DNA of 64,000 nucleotides from a virus. This document shows positions 55,136 through 63,721 of this stretch, in pieces. The notes beneath the pieces are model-generated. The model saw nothing but the letters and a program-made list of their open reading frames with translations. It was not told the DNA's origin and ran no database searches. Both the position numbers and the translations under genes were made by a program. Every line of letters starts with the position of its first letter. Positions within the stretch are counted from its first letter, which is position 1. The DNA lies in IMG/VR virus record IMGVR_UViG_3300032397_000006, positions 32,001 through 96,000 of that record; one strand, given 5' to 3'.

Positions 55136-56521
55136 TCACGTTGCGTAAACATACCTCGCACCCAATTGCTCTCTTGCAAAGCGCAGACGATCCTCACTCT
55201 GCCCACGCAGCATTTCCGCATGGGAATCCCAGAGATCGTAAATCCGCCCAATAGGCTTACCACTGTGCCCCGTCAGTGGTCGAAAATAAGACTGCATCAT
55301 CTGCACGCCACCGTTGCCGCCCGCGGCATAGACAAGCGCACTCGCCCTTGGAAGGTCCACACCTTCGCCTATTACTGTCGTGCCGATCAAGACAGAGTAA
55401 CGTCCGGCTAGAAAATCACGGATCGCGTTCGCTGTCTGAGGGCCCTCACCGCCCTTCACGACGATTGAATCCGCGATCTCACGCCCTAGTAGATCCGCGT
55501 GCGCGCGACGCCTCGTTAGCACGATCGTAGGCTCGCCATGGTCACGCAGCGCGCTCGCGATATTCACGACGGCCGCATTGCGTGGCTCGTACTCAGCAAT
55601 ACCCGCTTTATAAATCGCTGGGAAGTTGTTGCCGGATGGCAGCTTGATCTTACCTTTGCTGTGCCTCATCCAGATCACACGAGGCACGGCAAGAAAACCC
55701 CCGCTAATCAATTCGACGAGCGGAATATCCGCGATCACCTCGCCGAGCACGGCGTGCATAGCAAGCGCGTCCTCGCCCGATCGGTAATGCGTGCCTGTAT
55801 AGCCGTAGCGATGGTAAATATGCTCAGCTCTCTGATTTATCGAGTGCCAAGTATCGGCCGCGGAATGGTGCACCTCGTCGAAAATCAGCACCTGCCTCGT
55901 GTGCCACCACTCGAGCGGCAGCGCGAGCGCGCTCGGGATCGTCGCGACGACGATCGGGCGCGACGGATCACGCTCACTATCTGCAGCGTCCCCGTCGAGC
56001 CGCGACACTAGATCGGCGCCCCAGATCTCAGCGAAGCGTCGATAGGTCTGCGCCACGATAGCGACCGTGGGGGCAAGCACGATTGCGGGTAGTGCAAGCA
56101 CGTCGAGCAAGCGCGCTTGCAGTAGCGTTTTGCCGGCGCGCGGTGGGGCCACGATCACACCCGATCCGTGCTCGACCGCGGCAGCGTGCGCGCGCTCCTG
56201 GTACGGCCTCCAGGCGACGCCGGAGAGCGAGTGCCACGGATAGCCCTGCGGCGGGCGAGCTCGTGTGTCCCGCAGGTCGCACGCGAGCCCGTAGTGACGC
56301 GCAATCGCCTGCGCGCGAGCCGCCAGACCAGCCGGCAAGCGGTCAGCCCAGACCATGGAGCCCCACCATTGATCCGCATGCAAAAACGTCCGCGAAAACC
56401 GCACGCCCTGCGCGACAGTCGGGTTGATCGGCACAGCCAAGTGCCGAGCCAGGCACTGCAGAAGCCATTCCGGCGCGTCGCGGACATGAGCCCACGCGTT
56501 CCCCCTATCGATCGACACCAT
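55136..56521 (-). CDS. superfamily 2 DEAD/DEAH-like helicase (UvsW-like)
   Basis: RPYQ, APPRAGKT, DEVHH, TGT, GEGVDLP; probable ATG at 56521. Confidence 0.9.
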   Translation of the reverse strand: MVSIDRGNAWAHVRDAPEWLLQCLARHLAVPINPTVAQGVRFSRTFLHADQWWGSMVWADRLPAGLAARAQAIARHYGLACDLRDTRARPPQGYPWHSLSGVAWRPYQERAHAAAVEHGSGVIVAPPRAGKTLLQARLLDVLALPAIVLAPTVAIVAQTYRRFAEIWGADLVSRLDGDAADSERDPSRPIVVATIPSALALPLEWWHTRQVLIFDEVHHSAADTWHSINQRAEHIYHRYGYTGTHYRSGEDALAMHAVLGEVIADIPLVELISGGFLAVPRVIWMRHSKGKIKLPSGNNFPAIYKAGIAEYEPRNAAVVNIASALRDHGEPTIVLTRRRAHADLLGREIADSIVVKGGEGPQTANAIRDFLAGRYSVLIGTTVIGEGVDLPRASALVYAAGGNGGVQMMQSYFRPLTGHSGKPIGRIYDLWDSHAEMLRGQSEDRLRFAREQLGARYVYAT

Positions 56522-57059
56522 CCCAATTAAGGGAAACCCCGATCCAGCGAACAGCACTGGATCGGGGCAGGGGGGTGCGCGACTCCGCAGGGAAGCAAGT
56601 GTCGAACGAGGCAAACGTGCACTTATCGCAGACTGGAGTCAAGCGACTTTGTTTGCACTCGCGAAATCGCGAGGGTAGGCTCCGGCCGCCTGAATCGGTG
56701 ATCTCCGAGGACACCGAGGACCACTGGGCACGATCTGGATACTGATCCTATGAATTCCACGAAAATGGAACTAGGCACGCGGGCGAGGGGTGGCTCCCCC
56801 CCGTGGATCACTACGTCGTGCACAGCCGTTACTCGTGCGCCAACGAGAGCTATCGCAGCCCCTAGCAAGGCCTCCTAAATTGTGACCCGACACAAGTACC
56901 ACCGTACCGCACCACGTGAAACGCTGACATTGGCGCAATTACGCGCCCAGCGGGGACGTGAGAGTGCGTGCGAATGGCGGGGTTACAGGAGTGCACCGAT
57001 TTCGGCGGTGCACGTCGCGCGTTCGCGCGTCGAAAAATGCGAGCTCTTTAAGCACACCA

Positions 57060-57390
57060 CAAACCCGCTAGCGCATTTCTCTTTTCTGCTTTCTCCTGAT
57101 CCGGAAACCGAAGGTTTCTCCGTGGTTTTTTTTGAGCGCGAGCGCAAGCGAGCTCTCTGCTCAAAAAAAACTTCTTTAAGCGGGGATTTATTCCCGCTTA
57201 AAGACTGAGCCAGATCGAGTCTGATCAAGATCCTAAGGTCCTTAGTTCCGGTTTCCCTAGAAGCTCACGAAGTGAACTTCAAACGAGTCCCGAACTGAAC
57301 CTTAGGAAAAAAAAGCAAAACGAGAAATGCACTAGCCGGGTGCCCGCGCTTTTCGCTATTGAACTTGGTTCAATAAGGAACGAAAAGCCC
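57060..57390. other. hairpin-dense non-coding element (candidate replication origin or structured RNA)
   Basis: Several perfect stems plus an enclosing long-range inverted repeat; AT-rich runs. Confidence 0.6.
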
Positions 57391-57485
57391 AACGATATCA
57401 GCAGCTTAGGCTACTGAACGCAGTTCCCACGAACCTTACTCTGTTTGACCAGACTTATTACAGCCTCGCCCGGTGAGTTACCGTG

Positions 57486-57929
57486 TCACTGCGACAAAGC
57501 GTAAGCTCCGGCTGCTACGGCTAATGCGCTTAGGGCAGCACCGACGCCGAACCATAGGGCGGGCGACCTGTGCCAGGCGTCGCGCTGTTTCTCGACCTCG
57601 AGTCTCGCGAACACTGCGCGGTCAAGCGCGTCCGACGCGCGCATTTCGCCCTGTTCGGCGAGCGCGAGTAATCGCTGAGACGCCGCAATCTCCTCGTCTA
57701 GTAATTCGATCTTACGCTCGTACAGCGTCTGCAGATCGATCGTGAGTTTTGCCGTTTGCAGATCGCGCAGCACTCGTTGCGCGACGTCGGCACGAAACCA
57801 TATCCCGTCGATACCCTCTCGGCGCATAGGCACTTGCGTAGCGCCTACAGGCGGATCTTCGCCGTGCTCAACATCAGCTCGAGCTGTGGCGCACGCGAGA
57901 CTCAGCAAAACGATCAGAATTTTTGACAT
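57486..57929 (-). CDS. signal-peptide plus coiled-coil plus C-terminal TM protein (spanin-like)
   Basis: MSKILIVLLSLACATARA; C-terminal LWFGVGAALSALAVAAGAYAL. Confidence 0.55.
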   Translation of the reverse strand: MSKILIVLLSLACATARADVEHGEDPPVGATQVPMRREGIDGIWFRADVAQRVLRDLQTAKLTIDLQTLYERKIELLDEEIAASQRLLALAEQGEMRASDALDRAVFARLEVEKQRDAWHRSPALWFGVGAALSALAVAAGAYALSQ

Positions 57930-57951
57930 AGCGCCCGTGTACCATGGGGGC

Positions 57952-58284
57952 ATGCTTTGGCTGTCGATACGCAAGCGCGCTCGGGCGTTGATCTGGGCAG
58001 TCCTCGGCCTGCTCGGCGTGGGCGCTCTGCTGTCGCTGCGGCGACGCAGGCAAGCGCTACTGCTCGCGAGCGCAGACAGTACCGTGATCGAGGCGCGGGC
58101 GAAGGTGCGCGAGCTTCGTGCGACACGAGCTGCACTTGCTGAGGACAGCACCGCACGCCTCGACGAGATCGCGCAGATCGATCAGTCGATCGAATCTCAT
58201 AAATCGAGGATTGCAGCGGTGCAGAAACAGCACGGCCTCACGGCGGAGGAAATCTCCGCGGAGTTTTCGAAACTCGGCTACTGA
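57952..58284 (+). CDS. N-terminal TM plus coiled-coil protein (i-spanin-like)
   Basis: LIWAVLGLLGVGALLSL followed by heptads. Confidence 0.55.
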   Translation: MLWLSIRKRARALIWAVLGLLGVGALLSLRRRRQALLLASADSTVIEARAKVRELRATRAALAEDSTARLDEIAQIDQSIESHKSRIAAVQKQHGLTAEEISAEFSKLGY

Positions 58285-59084
58285 CCTGCGTCCGCATACT
58301 CGCGGGCGATCAGCCTGGCCTCGTAACGAGCTCGCTCGCTCGACATGCGCTGCCACGCTCCGGTGGACGGGGCCCAGCGAAAGCCCGCGCGCTTCAAGCG
58401 CTCCCTGATTGCATCCGGGGGTTTGCCCGGAAACACGAGCTGAGTCCTATTGTCCTCGTCACGCAGGGTGACCTCGCCGATCTCCTCGTCTGCGATCTCG
58501 CCGCGCTTCTCTGCCGCCTCGAGTACGACCAAGCGCTTTCGCAGTCTCCGGATTTCGGCCCCGTCGTTAGTCAGCTGGTACGGGGCAAACCCGATCCGCC
58601 CTGCGAAATCCGGCGCTATGATTTGCGCGGCGAGCACTGGCGAAAATCCGAGCGCTTGCAGGCTAGTGCGTGCCTTACTGTTGTCGCCCTTGGCTGCGCG
58701 GATTGCTTTGTTCGCCGCCTTCATGCGCGCGACATCGTTCTCGAGTTTCGCGATTTTCTCGCGGATCCGATCTGCTGCACTCGGATCGTCCGAGCTGATC
58801 ATGTTGTTTCGCTCCGCGCTCGCTGCGCGGCTCACGAGAGCCTTGGCTTTATCGAGCGCTTCGAAGCCCGCGCGATAGCACGAATCGATTCGTGCGAGGT
58901 CCTTGCGGTGCCTGCGCTCACTGTGATGCCCGATCAGGATCGGTTGCCCCATGGGAATCATCGCCCCGATCCTGCGTGCCGCGTTGATCCGGCTGTGCGC
59001 TGCGCCCTCGACCTCTGCCGCCCGTGAGCGCAAACGATCGATCCGCACGGCCTTACGCTCTGCGTAGTCTGCTCGACCAGTCAC
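58278..59084 (-). CDS. DUF3560 domain protein
   Basis: IPMGQPILIGHHSERRHR, ISSDDP.A, F.GKP...R..LK..GFRWAPS..AWQR. Confidence 0.9.
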   Translation of the reverse strand: MTGRADYAERKAVRIDRLRSRAAEVEGAAHSRINAARRIGAMIPMGQPILIGHHSERRHRKDLARIDSCYRAGFEALDKAKALVSRAASAERNNMISSDDPSAADRIREKIAKLENDVARMKAANKAIRAAKGDNSKARTSLQALGFSPVLAAQIIAPDFAGRIGFAPYQLTNDGAEIRRLRKRLVVLEAAEKRGEIADEEIGEVTLRDEDNRTQLVFPGKPPDAIRERLKRAGFRWAPSTGAWQRMSSERARYEARLIAREYADAGQ

Positions 59085-59320
59085 GACACCACCGCAATTC
59101 GGCAGAGCTCAACCAGCTGTGCTTCGGCCGCGAGCTCCGCCACCACAGCAGCGTGATCTTCACAGCGCACCCAGCAGTCCTTATCTGCAACCCAGACCAA
59201 CCTGCTAGCGCTGAACTCAACCCCCACGCAACCGACCAGCACGCGGTCAGCTCGCAATTCAGAGACAGTCCAGTAACCGCCGCAACGCACCGCGTCTCCC
59301 ACCGCTATTTTCTTTTCCAT
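59081..59320 (-). CDS. hypothetical early-type protein
   Basis: ATG after the cassette SD. Confidence 0.6.
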   Translation of the reverse strand: MEKKIAVGDAVRCGGYWTVSELRADRVLVGCVGVEFSASRLVWVADKDCWVRCEDHAAVVAELAAEAQLVELCRIAVVS

Positions 59321-59324
59321 CGCA

Positions 59325-59371
59325 CACCTTCCCTTCATTTCCAGATTATCATACGCCGCGATAACTGCAAG
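59325..59371 (-). promoter_or_regulatory. repeated promoter/operator/RBS cassette
   Basis: Near-palindrome 59346-59364; SD GAAGGGAAGGTG. Confidence 0.8.
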
Positions 59372-59695
59372 CTAGCCGTGCGCCGCCCCGTGATTTTTCC
59401 CGCCGCACGCGCACTCGCACACGTGACCAGTGGCGCCCATGCAGCGCCCGTCGCATTTTTTGTCTGCCACCACTTTGCCGAACACGGGCTTGAGCCTCGC
59501 CGATCCACCGCAGCCGCACGGATATTCGAGCTCGAATACGTTGGTGCCCATCGGCGGAGAATAGAAAAGGGAGCTGCCGCTCACGAACTTCCCGCACCAC
59601 GCACCGCGGTAAAAAACAGTGTTTTTCTCGCGCTCAGCCAGCACACTGAATCGCTTTTTGCAGCGGAGGCACTTCCCGTTGTAACGCTTTTCCAT
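59372..59695 (-). CDS. Cys-rich Zn-binding early-type protein
   Basis: KCDGRCMGATG..CECACGGKNHG. Confidence 0.75.
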   Translation of the reverse strand: MEKRYNGKCLRCKKRFSVLAEREKNTVFYRGAWCGKFVSGSSLFYSPPMGTNVFELEYPCGCGGSARLKPVFGKVVADKKCDGRCMGATGHVCECACGGKNHGAAHG

Positions 59696-59699
59696 CACA

Positions 59700-59747
59700 C
59701 ACCTGCCCTTCACTCAGAAGCTTATCGCGTTACGCGATAACACGCAA
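59700..59747 (-). promoter_or_regulatory. repeated promoter/operator/RBS cassette
   Basis: TTGCGT-N17-TAAGCT; palindrome 59722-59740. Confidence 0.85.
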
Positions 59748-59774
59748 GCACAAAGCCTCGTGATACCGTCACAC

Positions 59775-60260
59775 GTGGCCTACGACTCCGAACGTCCGAC
59801 CATTCCGATCGCCGTGAGGCGTGAGGTGCGCCTCGCCCGGGCAAAGGACGCGCTAGCGGTACTCGGCACCTCTGGCGCGCTGATCGGGTCTGCGTGGGGC
59901 CTCGCGTGGTCCGCGATTGACCATTTCGCGACGGACGCTGAGGTCGCGACGGCGACCTCGACACACGACACGAGCGCGCAGGCCCATTTACGCCTGCGCA
60001 ATCGCATCGATGACCTCGAGTCCACGACGCGAGCTCAGCACGCGGCCTTGCTCGCTGCGCAAGATCAGCTGCTCGCACTCTGGCGATGGCAAGTCGGATA
60101 CGCAGCGGCTGACCGCGAGGACGATCACCGACTGCGCGCAGCTGCAGCATCTTACTATCGCGAGATTTTCGATCGGCTCGTCCGCGAAGGGGTGCCTCCG
60201 GAGCAAGCGTTTCGCGATAGCCTGACAGAGCGCTGGTCAGATCGGCCGCGCCTACGATAG
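59775..60260 (+). CDS. membrane protein with coiled coil (holin/lysis-associated candidate)
   Basis: One TM segment; preceded by TGaTACCGT-5 nt-GTG. Confidence 0.5.
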   Translation: MAYDSERPTIPIAVRREVRLARAKDALAVLGTSGALIGSAWGLAWSAIDHFATDAEVATATSTHDTSAQAHLRLRNRIDDLESTTRAQHAALLAAQDQLLALWRWQVGYAAADREDDHRLRAAAASYYREIFDRLVREGVPPEQAFRDSLTERWSDRPRLR

Positions 60261-60270
60261 GAGCTCCCCT

Positions 60271-60945
60271 GTGCTAGTTCTCGCTCCATTACGCGACACT
60301 GAGGGCAAGCGCGACGTAACCGGCGCATTCCTGCCTGAGGCTCGAGCGCTCGCCGATCGCCATGGCGGGACTCTGCGGCAGATCGAAAACACGGTGCCCT
60401 TCACCGCACGTCGTGCGCTGTCGCTGCGTGAGATCAATCGGTACGTACAAGAGCGCGGTGCGCTCGACGCATTTGCCATGTGCTGTCACGGATGGCCGCA
60501 GGGCGTGCAGCTCGGATTCAGGATCGAGGACGCGGGACTACTCGCGCGAGCTCTCGCGCAAAAGCGCAGCCTGCGCACCGAGCCGTTCGCGGTGGGGCTG
60601 CTCTGCTGCGATACGGCGCGCGACGCGGACGCGGATCGAGCTGACGATCTCGCGGATGGGCCCGGGGGCATCGGCGGGTTTGCGGACACGTTGTGCGAGG
60701 CGATCGGGAATCTCGGATTCCACGCACGCGTGACAGCGCACGCAACGCTCGGCCACACGACCTCGAATCCACACGTGCGCGTATTCGACTCGGCCGATCG
60801 GACACCGGGAGGCGTCTGGATCGTGCCTCCGCGCTCGCCGCGGTGGGTGCGCTGGACTCGCGCGCTACGCGATACGGATTTGCGTCTGCGTGTGCCCTTC
60901 ATGCAGCAGGACGCGATCGAGCGCGAGCTAGACGCCATCGCCTAG
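60271..60945 (+). CDS. caspase/CHAT-fold (clan CD, DUF4347-like) His-Cys protein
   Basis: FAMCCHGWP and VGLLCCDTA, GFA..L; SD AGGAG. Confidence 0.55.
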   Translation: MLVLAPLRDTEGKRDVTGAFLPEARALADRHGGTLRQIENTVPFTARRALSLREINRYVQERGALDAFAMCCHGWPQGVQLGFRIEDAGLLARALAQKRSLRTEPFAVGLLCCDTARDADADRADDLADGPGGIGGFADTLCEAIGNLGFHARVTAHATLGHTTSNPHVRVFDSADRTPGGVWIVPPRSPRWVRWTRALRDTDLRLRVPFMQQDAIERELDAIA

Positions 60946-61335
60946 GTAGTCGTAAATCTCAAGCGGCACTTTCGAGCGCTCTCGAAACGCCTGCAGCGAC
61001 GCTCGGAATTCCTTGGTCCACTCCGGGCTGAACGAGCTGTGCCGAGTGATGCTGCTGCCGTCGCCGTTGGCCTCTAGCGCGCCCGCGATAAAGTCAGGGT
61101 GCCCCCACCCAGCGATCACCACTACGCTGTGCCCAGGCTCGTAACTTGAGGCCACGAAGCCCTCACGCGAGCGCTTGCGTGGCCTCCGGTAGCTCACGTG
61201 CAGGGCCTCTTTATATTGCGCGTAAGGGCCTTTCTCGACCGAGACATCGTTTGCCTCGACCGAGGTCCAGCCGAACATGCTGGATCTGTAAACGGTCGCC
61301 TTCGCCAACTCGAGCACTTTGATTTTTTCTCCCAT
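60928..61335 (-). CDS. hypothetical phage protein
   Basis: YAQY..AL.V.Y..PRKR; GWGHPD. Confidence 0.65.
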   Translation of the reverse strand: MGEKIKVLELAKATVYRSSMFGWTSVEANDVSVEKGPYAQYKEALHVSYRRPRKRSREGFVASSYEPGHSVVVIAGWGHPDFIAGALEANGDGSSITRHSSFSPEWTKEFRASLQAFRERSKVPLEIYDYLGDGV

Positions 61336-61366
61336 GGCACTCCCCTAATCTGCTCGCCGCGCGAGC

Positions 61367-61558
61367 TCAACCCATTGCGGTGATCACCAGAAAAGTTGCG
61401 AGGTCTGCGGGCTTGGTTTTCCCGATCTCGCTCGCGGCCAACTTCCGCACGATCGGAGCGTTGTGCTCCGAGGCTGCCCACGCGCGGATCGAGTTGCTCT
61501 CGATTGCCGCAAGAACCGCCGCTACGTACGCATCTAGTTTTTTCTCCGAGACCTTCAT
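61367..61558 (-). CDS. hypothetical early-type protein
   Basis: SD GGAGGT; follows a cassette. Confidence 0.55.
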   Translation of the reverse strand: MKVSEKKLDAYVAAVLAAIESNSIRAWAASEHNAPIVRKLAASEIGKTKPADLATFLVITAMG

Positions 61559-61565
61559 GACTTCA

Positions 61566-61606
61566 ACCTCCGATCTAGTTATCGCACGTCGCGATAACTC
61601 ATGCAA
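61566..61606 (-). promoter_or_regulatory. repeated promoter/operator cassette
   Basis: Palindrome 61579-61597. Confidence 0.8.
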
Positions 61607-61613
61607 CACGAAA

Positions 61614-61853
61614 TCAGCAGCCCTCGAAAAAGATGCTCAGGTCCAGTTCGGGCAGCGCAGGCTCCTCGAATACCGGGCCTGCGAACGGCTCGACCACGGG
61701 CACCTCGGTGTAGCTGCCGTACGCGCCCTCCACGAAGCTGGTTACGACGCAGAAGCCCAGCGGTCTCTCTGCCGAGCGGGAGCGCGCTCCCGCGCACACG
61801 GTCACACGCACGGTCCCTTTTACGTCCTCGTAGCTCAGGATATCTTCGTACAC
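61614..61853 (-). CDS. hypothetical early-type protein
   Basis: GTG after the cassette SD. Confidence 0.55.
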   Translation of the reverse strand: MYEDILSYEDVKGTVRVTVCAGARSRSAERPLGFCVVTSFVEGAYGSYTEVPVVEPFAGPVFEEPALPELDLSIFFEGC

Positions 61854-61855
61854 AA

Positions 61856-61902
61856 AACACCTTCCCTTCGATCTAGTTATCGCACTTCGCGATAACTTGC
61901 AA
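61856..61902 (-). promoter_or_regulatory. repeated promoter/operator/RBS cassette
   Basis: TTGCAA-N17-TAACTA; palindrome 61877-61895. Confidence 0.85.
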
Positions 61903-61906
61903 TCCC

Positions 61907-62173
61907 TCATTCGCCTGGATGGCGGTAGTCGATCGCCATCACGAAGGGAGCAGCCTCCCCGCGAGCAGCGGCCTCGCTTTTGTGCGCCTTCACGAAAGCT
62001 TGCGCGTCTTTTTTGGCACGGAACAGCACTTGCTCGCCTGCGGCGTACACAAACCGCTTTTCCGGTACATCGCAGATTTTCGAAGTCACTCCGTTACAAA
62101 CCGAAACAAGCTCAGTCGCAGGGATCACCTGTTCAAACGAGCGCACACAAACCACGATTGCCTTTGCCATCAC
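61907..62173 (-). CDS. hypothetical early-type protein
   Basis: Follows a cassette. Confidence 0.6.
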   Translation of the reverse strand: MMAKAIVVCVRSFEQVIPATELVSVCNGVTSKICDVPEKRFVYAAGEQVLFRAKKDAQAFVKAHKSEAAARGEAAPFVMAIDYRHPGE

Positions 62174-62220
62174 AACACCTTCCCTTCGATCTAGTTATCG
62201 CATATCTCGATAAGCCGCGC
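62174..62220 (-). promoter_or_regulatory. repeated promoter/operator/RBS cassette
   Basis: 29 nt identical to 61856-61884; near-palindrome 62195-62213. Confidence 0.8.
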
Positions 62221-62228
62221 ACCTGAAA

Positions 62229-62696
62229 TCAACCGAGTGAGGCGATTACCTCGAGTTGCCGCGGCGAGGGCGCTTTGCCTGACCTGATCTGCCCCGCTAC
62301 CGATTCCGCGAACATGCCAGGAAATCCTGGGCGCGCTGACATGCCGTCAAGCCTCTCGAGCAGCGATGCGAACCGCTCGCGCATCGCTGCCGCCTTGGCT
62401 GCCTTCCGGGCCTTCCTGAGCTCGCGTTCGTGTTTCTTCTGCCAGTCCTCGACTCGCTTCTGCATGCCTGCACCGCCCGCGCTCAGGGCGCAGTCGCACC
62501 CCACCTTGAAGCGAGCTCCACACGCACCCTGCAGCTGCGCGGCATACATGATCGAGGCGCCGCAGTAGTCGCACGATCCACCAGGCTTGATCGGCTCACC
62601 AGGCGCCGCCTGAAACTTGTGCTCGCTCACACCGAGAAATCTGTACGGGGCCTTGCCTAGCCCCGCCTTTTCGAACTTGTGCACCATTTCGTCCAT
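62229..62696 (-). CDS. Zn-finger early-type protein
   Basis: HKFE.AGLG.APY, CDYCG..I, FKVGCDC, S.RQ. Confidence 0.75.
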   Translation of the reverse strand: MDEMVHKFEKAGLGKAPYRFLGVSEHKFQAAPGEPIKPGGSCDYCGASIMYAAQLQGACGARFKVGCDCALSAGGAGMQKRVEDWQKKHERELRKARKAAKAAAMRERFASLLERLDGMSARPGFPGMFAESVAGQIRSGKAPSPRQLEVIASLG

Positions 62697-62703
62697 CTCG
62701 CTA

Positions 62704-62747
62704 CCCGTCCCTTCGATCTAGTTATCGCATGTCGCGATAAGGCTTGC
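62704..62747 (-). promoter_or_regulatory. repeated promoter/operator/RBS cassette
   Basis: Palindrome 62722-62740. Confidence 0.8.
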
Positions 62748-62755
62748 ACGCGAAA

Positions 62756-63025
62756 TCAGCCCACGACGACGATTTCGATGGCGCGTGTCGGGTTTCCGTC
62801 CAGCAAACGAAGGACGTTGGCCTGCAGTCTGTTAGGGTGCCGCGCCCACAACGTCTTACGCTTGCCCGCTTTGTAGCCGTTCGTGAATTCGAGCGTAACG
62901 GCCACGTTGTGGCAGTAGTCCGCGCCTAGCTCTTTAATCTCGGTCACTTTGGCCGAGGCGTTTTTAGCGATGTCCAGGGCTTTGCAGCCCCTGGAAATTT
63001 TGACTTTTGCTCCGACTGTAATCAT
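62756..63025 (-). CDS. SH3-like hypothetical protein
   Basis: ATGA-coupled start at 63025. Confidence 0.6.
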   Translation of the reverse strand: MITVGAKVKISRGCKALDIAKNASAKVTEIKELGADYCHNVAVTLEFTNGYKAGKRKTLWARHPNRLQANVLRLLDGNPTRAIEIVVVG

Positions 63026-63345
63026 ACGCCCCCCGCCTCTTTCTCGAGCTTCGCCGCGCAGCGTCCCGCCCACTCGCCCGCGGCATGCTGATCGTCCTCG
63101 TCGAGAGCTGCATCCCAGCACGCTACGGCGATCTCCCACTCTTGCTCTGCGGAGTAGGGCGAGAACACCTCGAGCACGCGGTACGCGCTCAGCACGCGGA
63201 TCCAAGGGCGCACCACGCGCCCGACTTCTGCCTCACTCAGGCGACACTGCACCTCGCTCTCGGTACCCTCGAGCAGACCCGAGACGTACAACGCTTTGAC
63301 TCGCACGAACGGGTCAACCCCCGCAGCTGGCTTTTTCGCTTCCAT
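63022..63345 (-). CDS. hypothetical protein
   Basis: Coupled ORF. Confidence 0.55.
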   Translation of the reverse strand: MEAKKPAAGVDPFVRVKALYVSGLLEGTESEVQCRLSEAEVGRVVRPWIRVLSAYRVLEVFSPYSAEQEWEIAVACWDAALDEDDQHAAGEWAGRCAAKLEKEAGGV

Positions 63346-63348
63346 GAC

Positions 63349-63588
63349 CTACACCGCCTTTTCGAACTTGGGCGCAGTGCCCGACGCAGCGCTTGCTTGA
63401 GCGTTTTTGATCGCGTCGTGACGTGCTGCCTTCGGAGTCGGGCCCCAACCGATCGCCACCGAGGTCCCGTGGTTGCTCACTTCTGCTACCCAGGCATACG
63501 CGGGATTGCGCCCGTGAAATTCTGCCGCTTTGCTGGCGCGCACGCCCACGCGCCCGGTTACGTTGTTTGAGAATCCCTTCGCCATCAC
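63349..63588 (-). CDS. hypothetical early-type protein
   Basis: Follows the cassette SD. Confidence 0.6.
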   Translation of the reverse strand: MMAKGFSNNVTGRVGVRASKAAEFHGRNPAYAWVAEVSNHGTSVAIGWGPTPKAARHDAIKNAQASAASGTAPKFEKAV

Positions 63589-63638
63589 AACACCTTCCCT
63601 TCACTCAAGAGGTTATCGGAGAACGCGATAACTGTCAA
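63589..63638 (-). promoter_or_regulatory. repeated promoter/operator/RBS cassette
   Basis: TTGACA-N17-TAACCT; near-palindrome 63613-63631. Confidence 0.88.
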
Positions 63639-63721
63639 CGCTAAATCAGTGCCCGCTACGTGTGCCTCGCACGCCGCAACGGGACTGAAAGGGCGCTCTG
63701 TCTGGATCGCCGGCTGCGACA

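Noticed and set aside
56623-57228. Short ORFs in the gap upstream of the helicase
   Set aside because: No motifs or RBS; the sequence is better explained by inverted repeats.
59325-63638. Cassette repeats as CRISPR repeats or integron attC sites
   Set aside because: Spacing is irregular and gene-sized, the repeats contain -35/-10 and SD elements, and there is no cas gene or integrase in the window.
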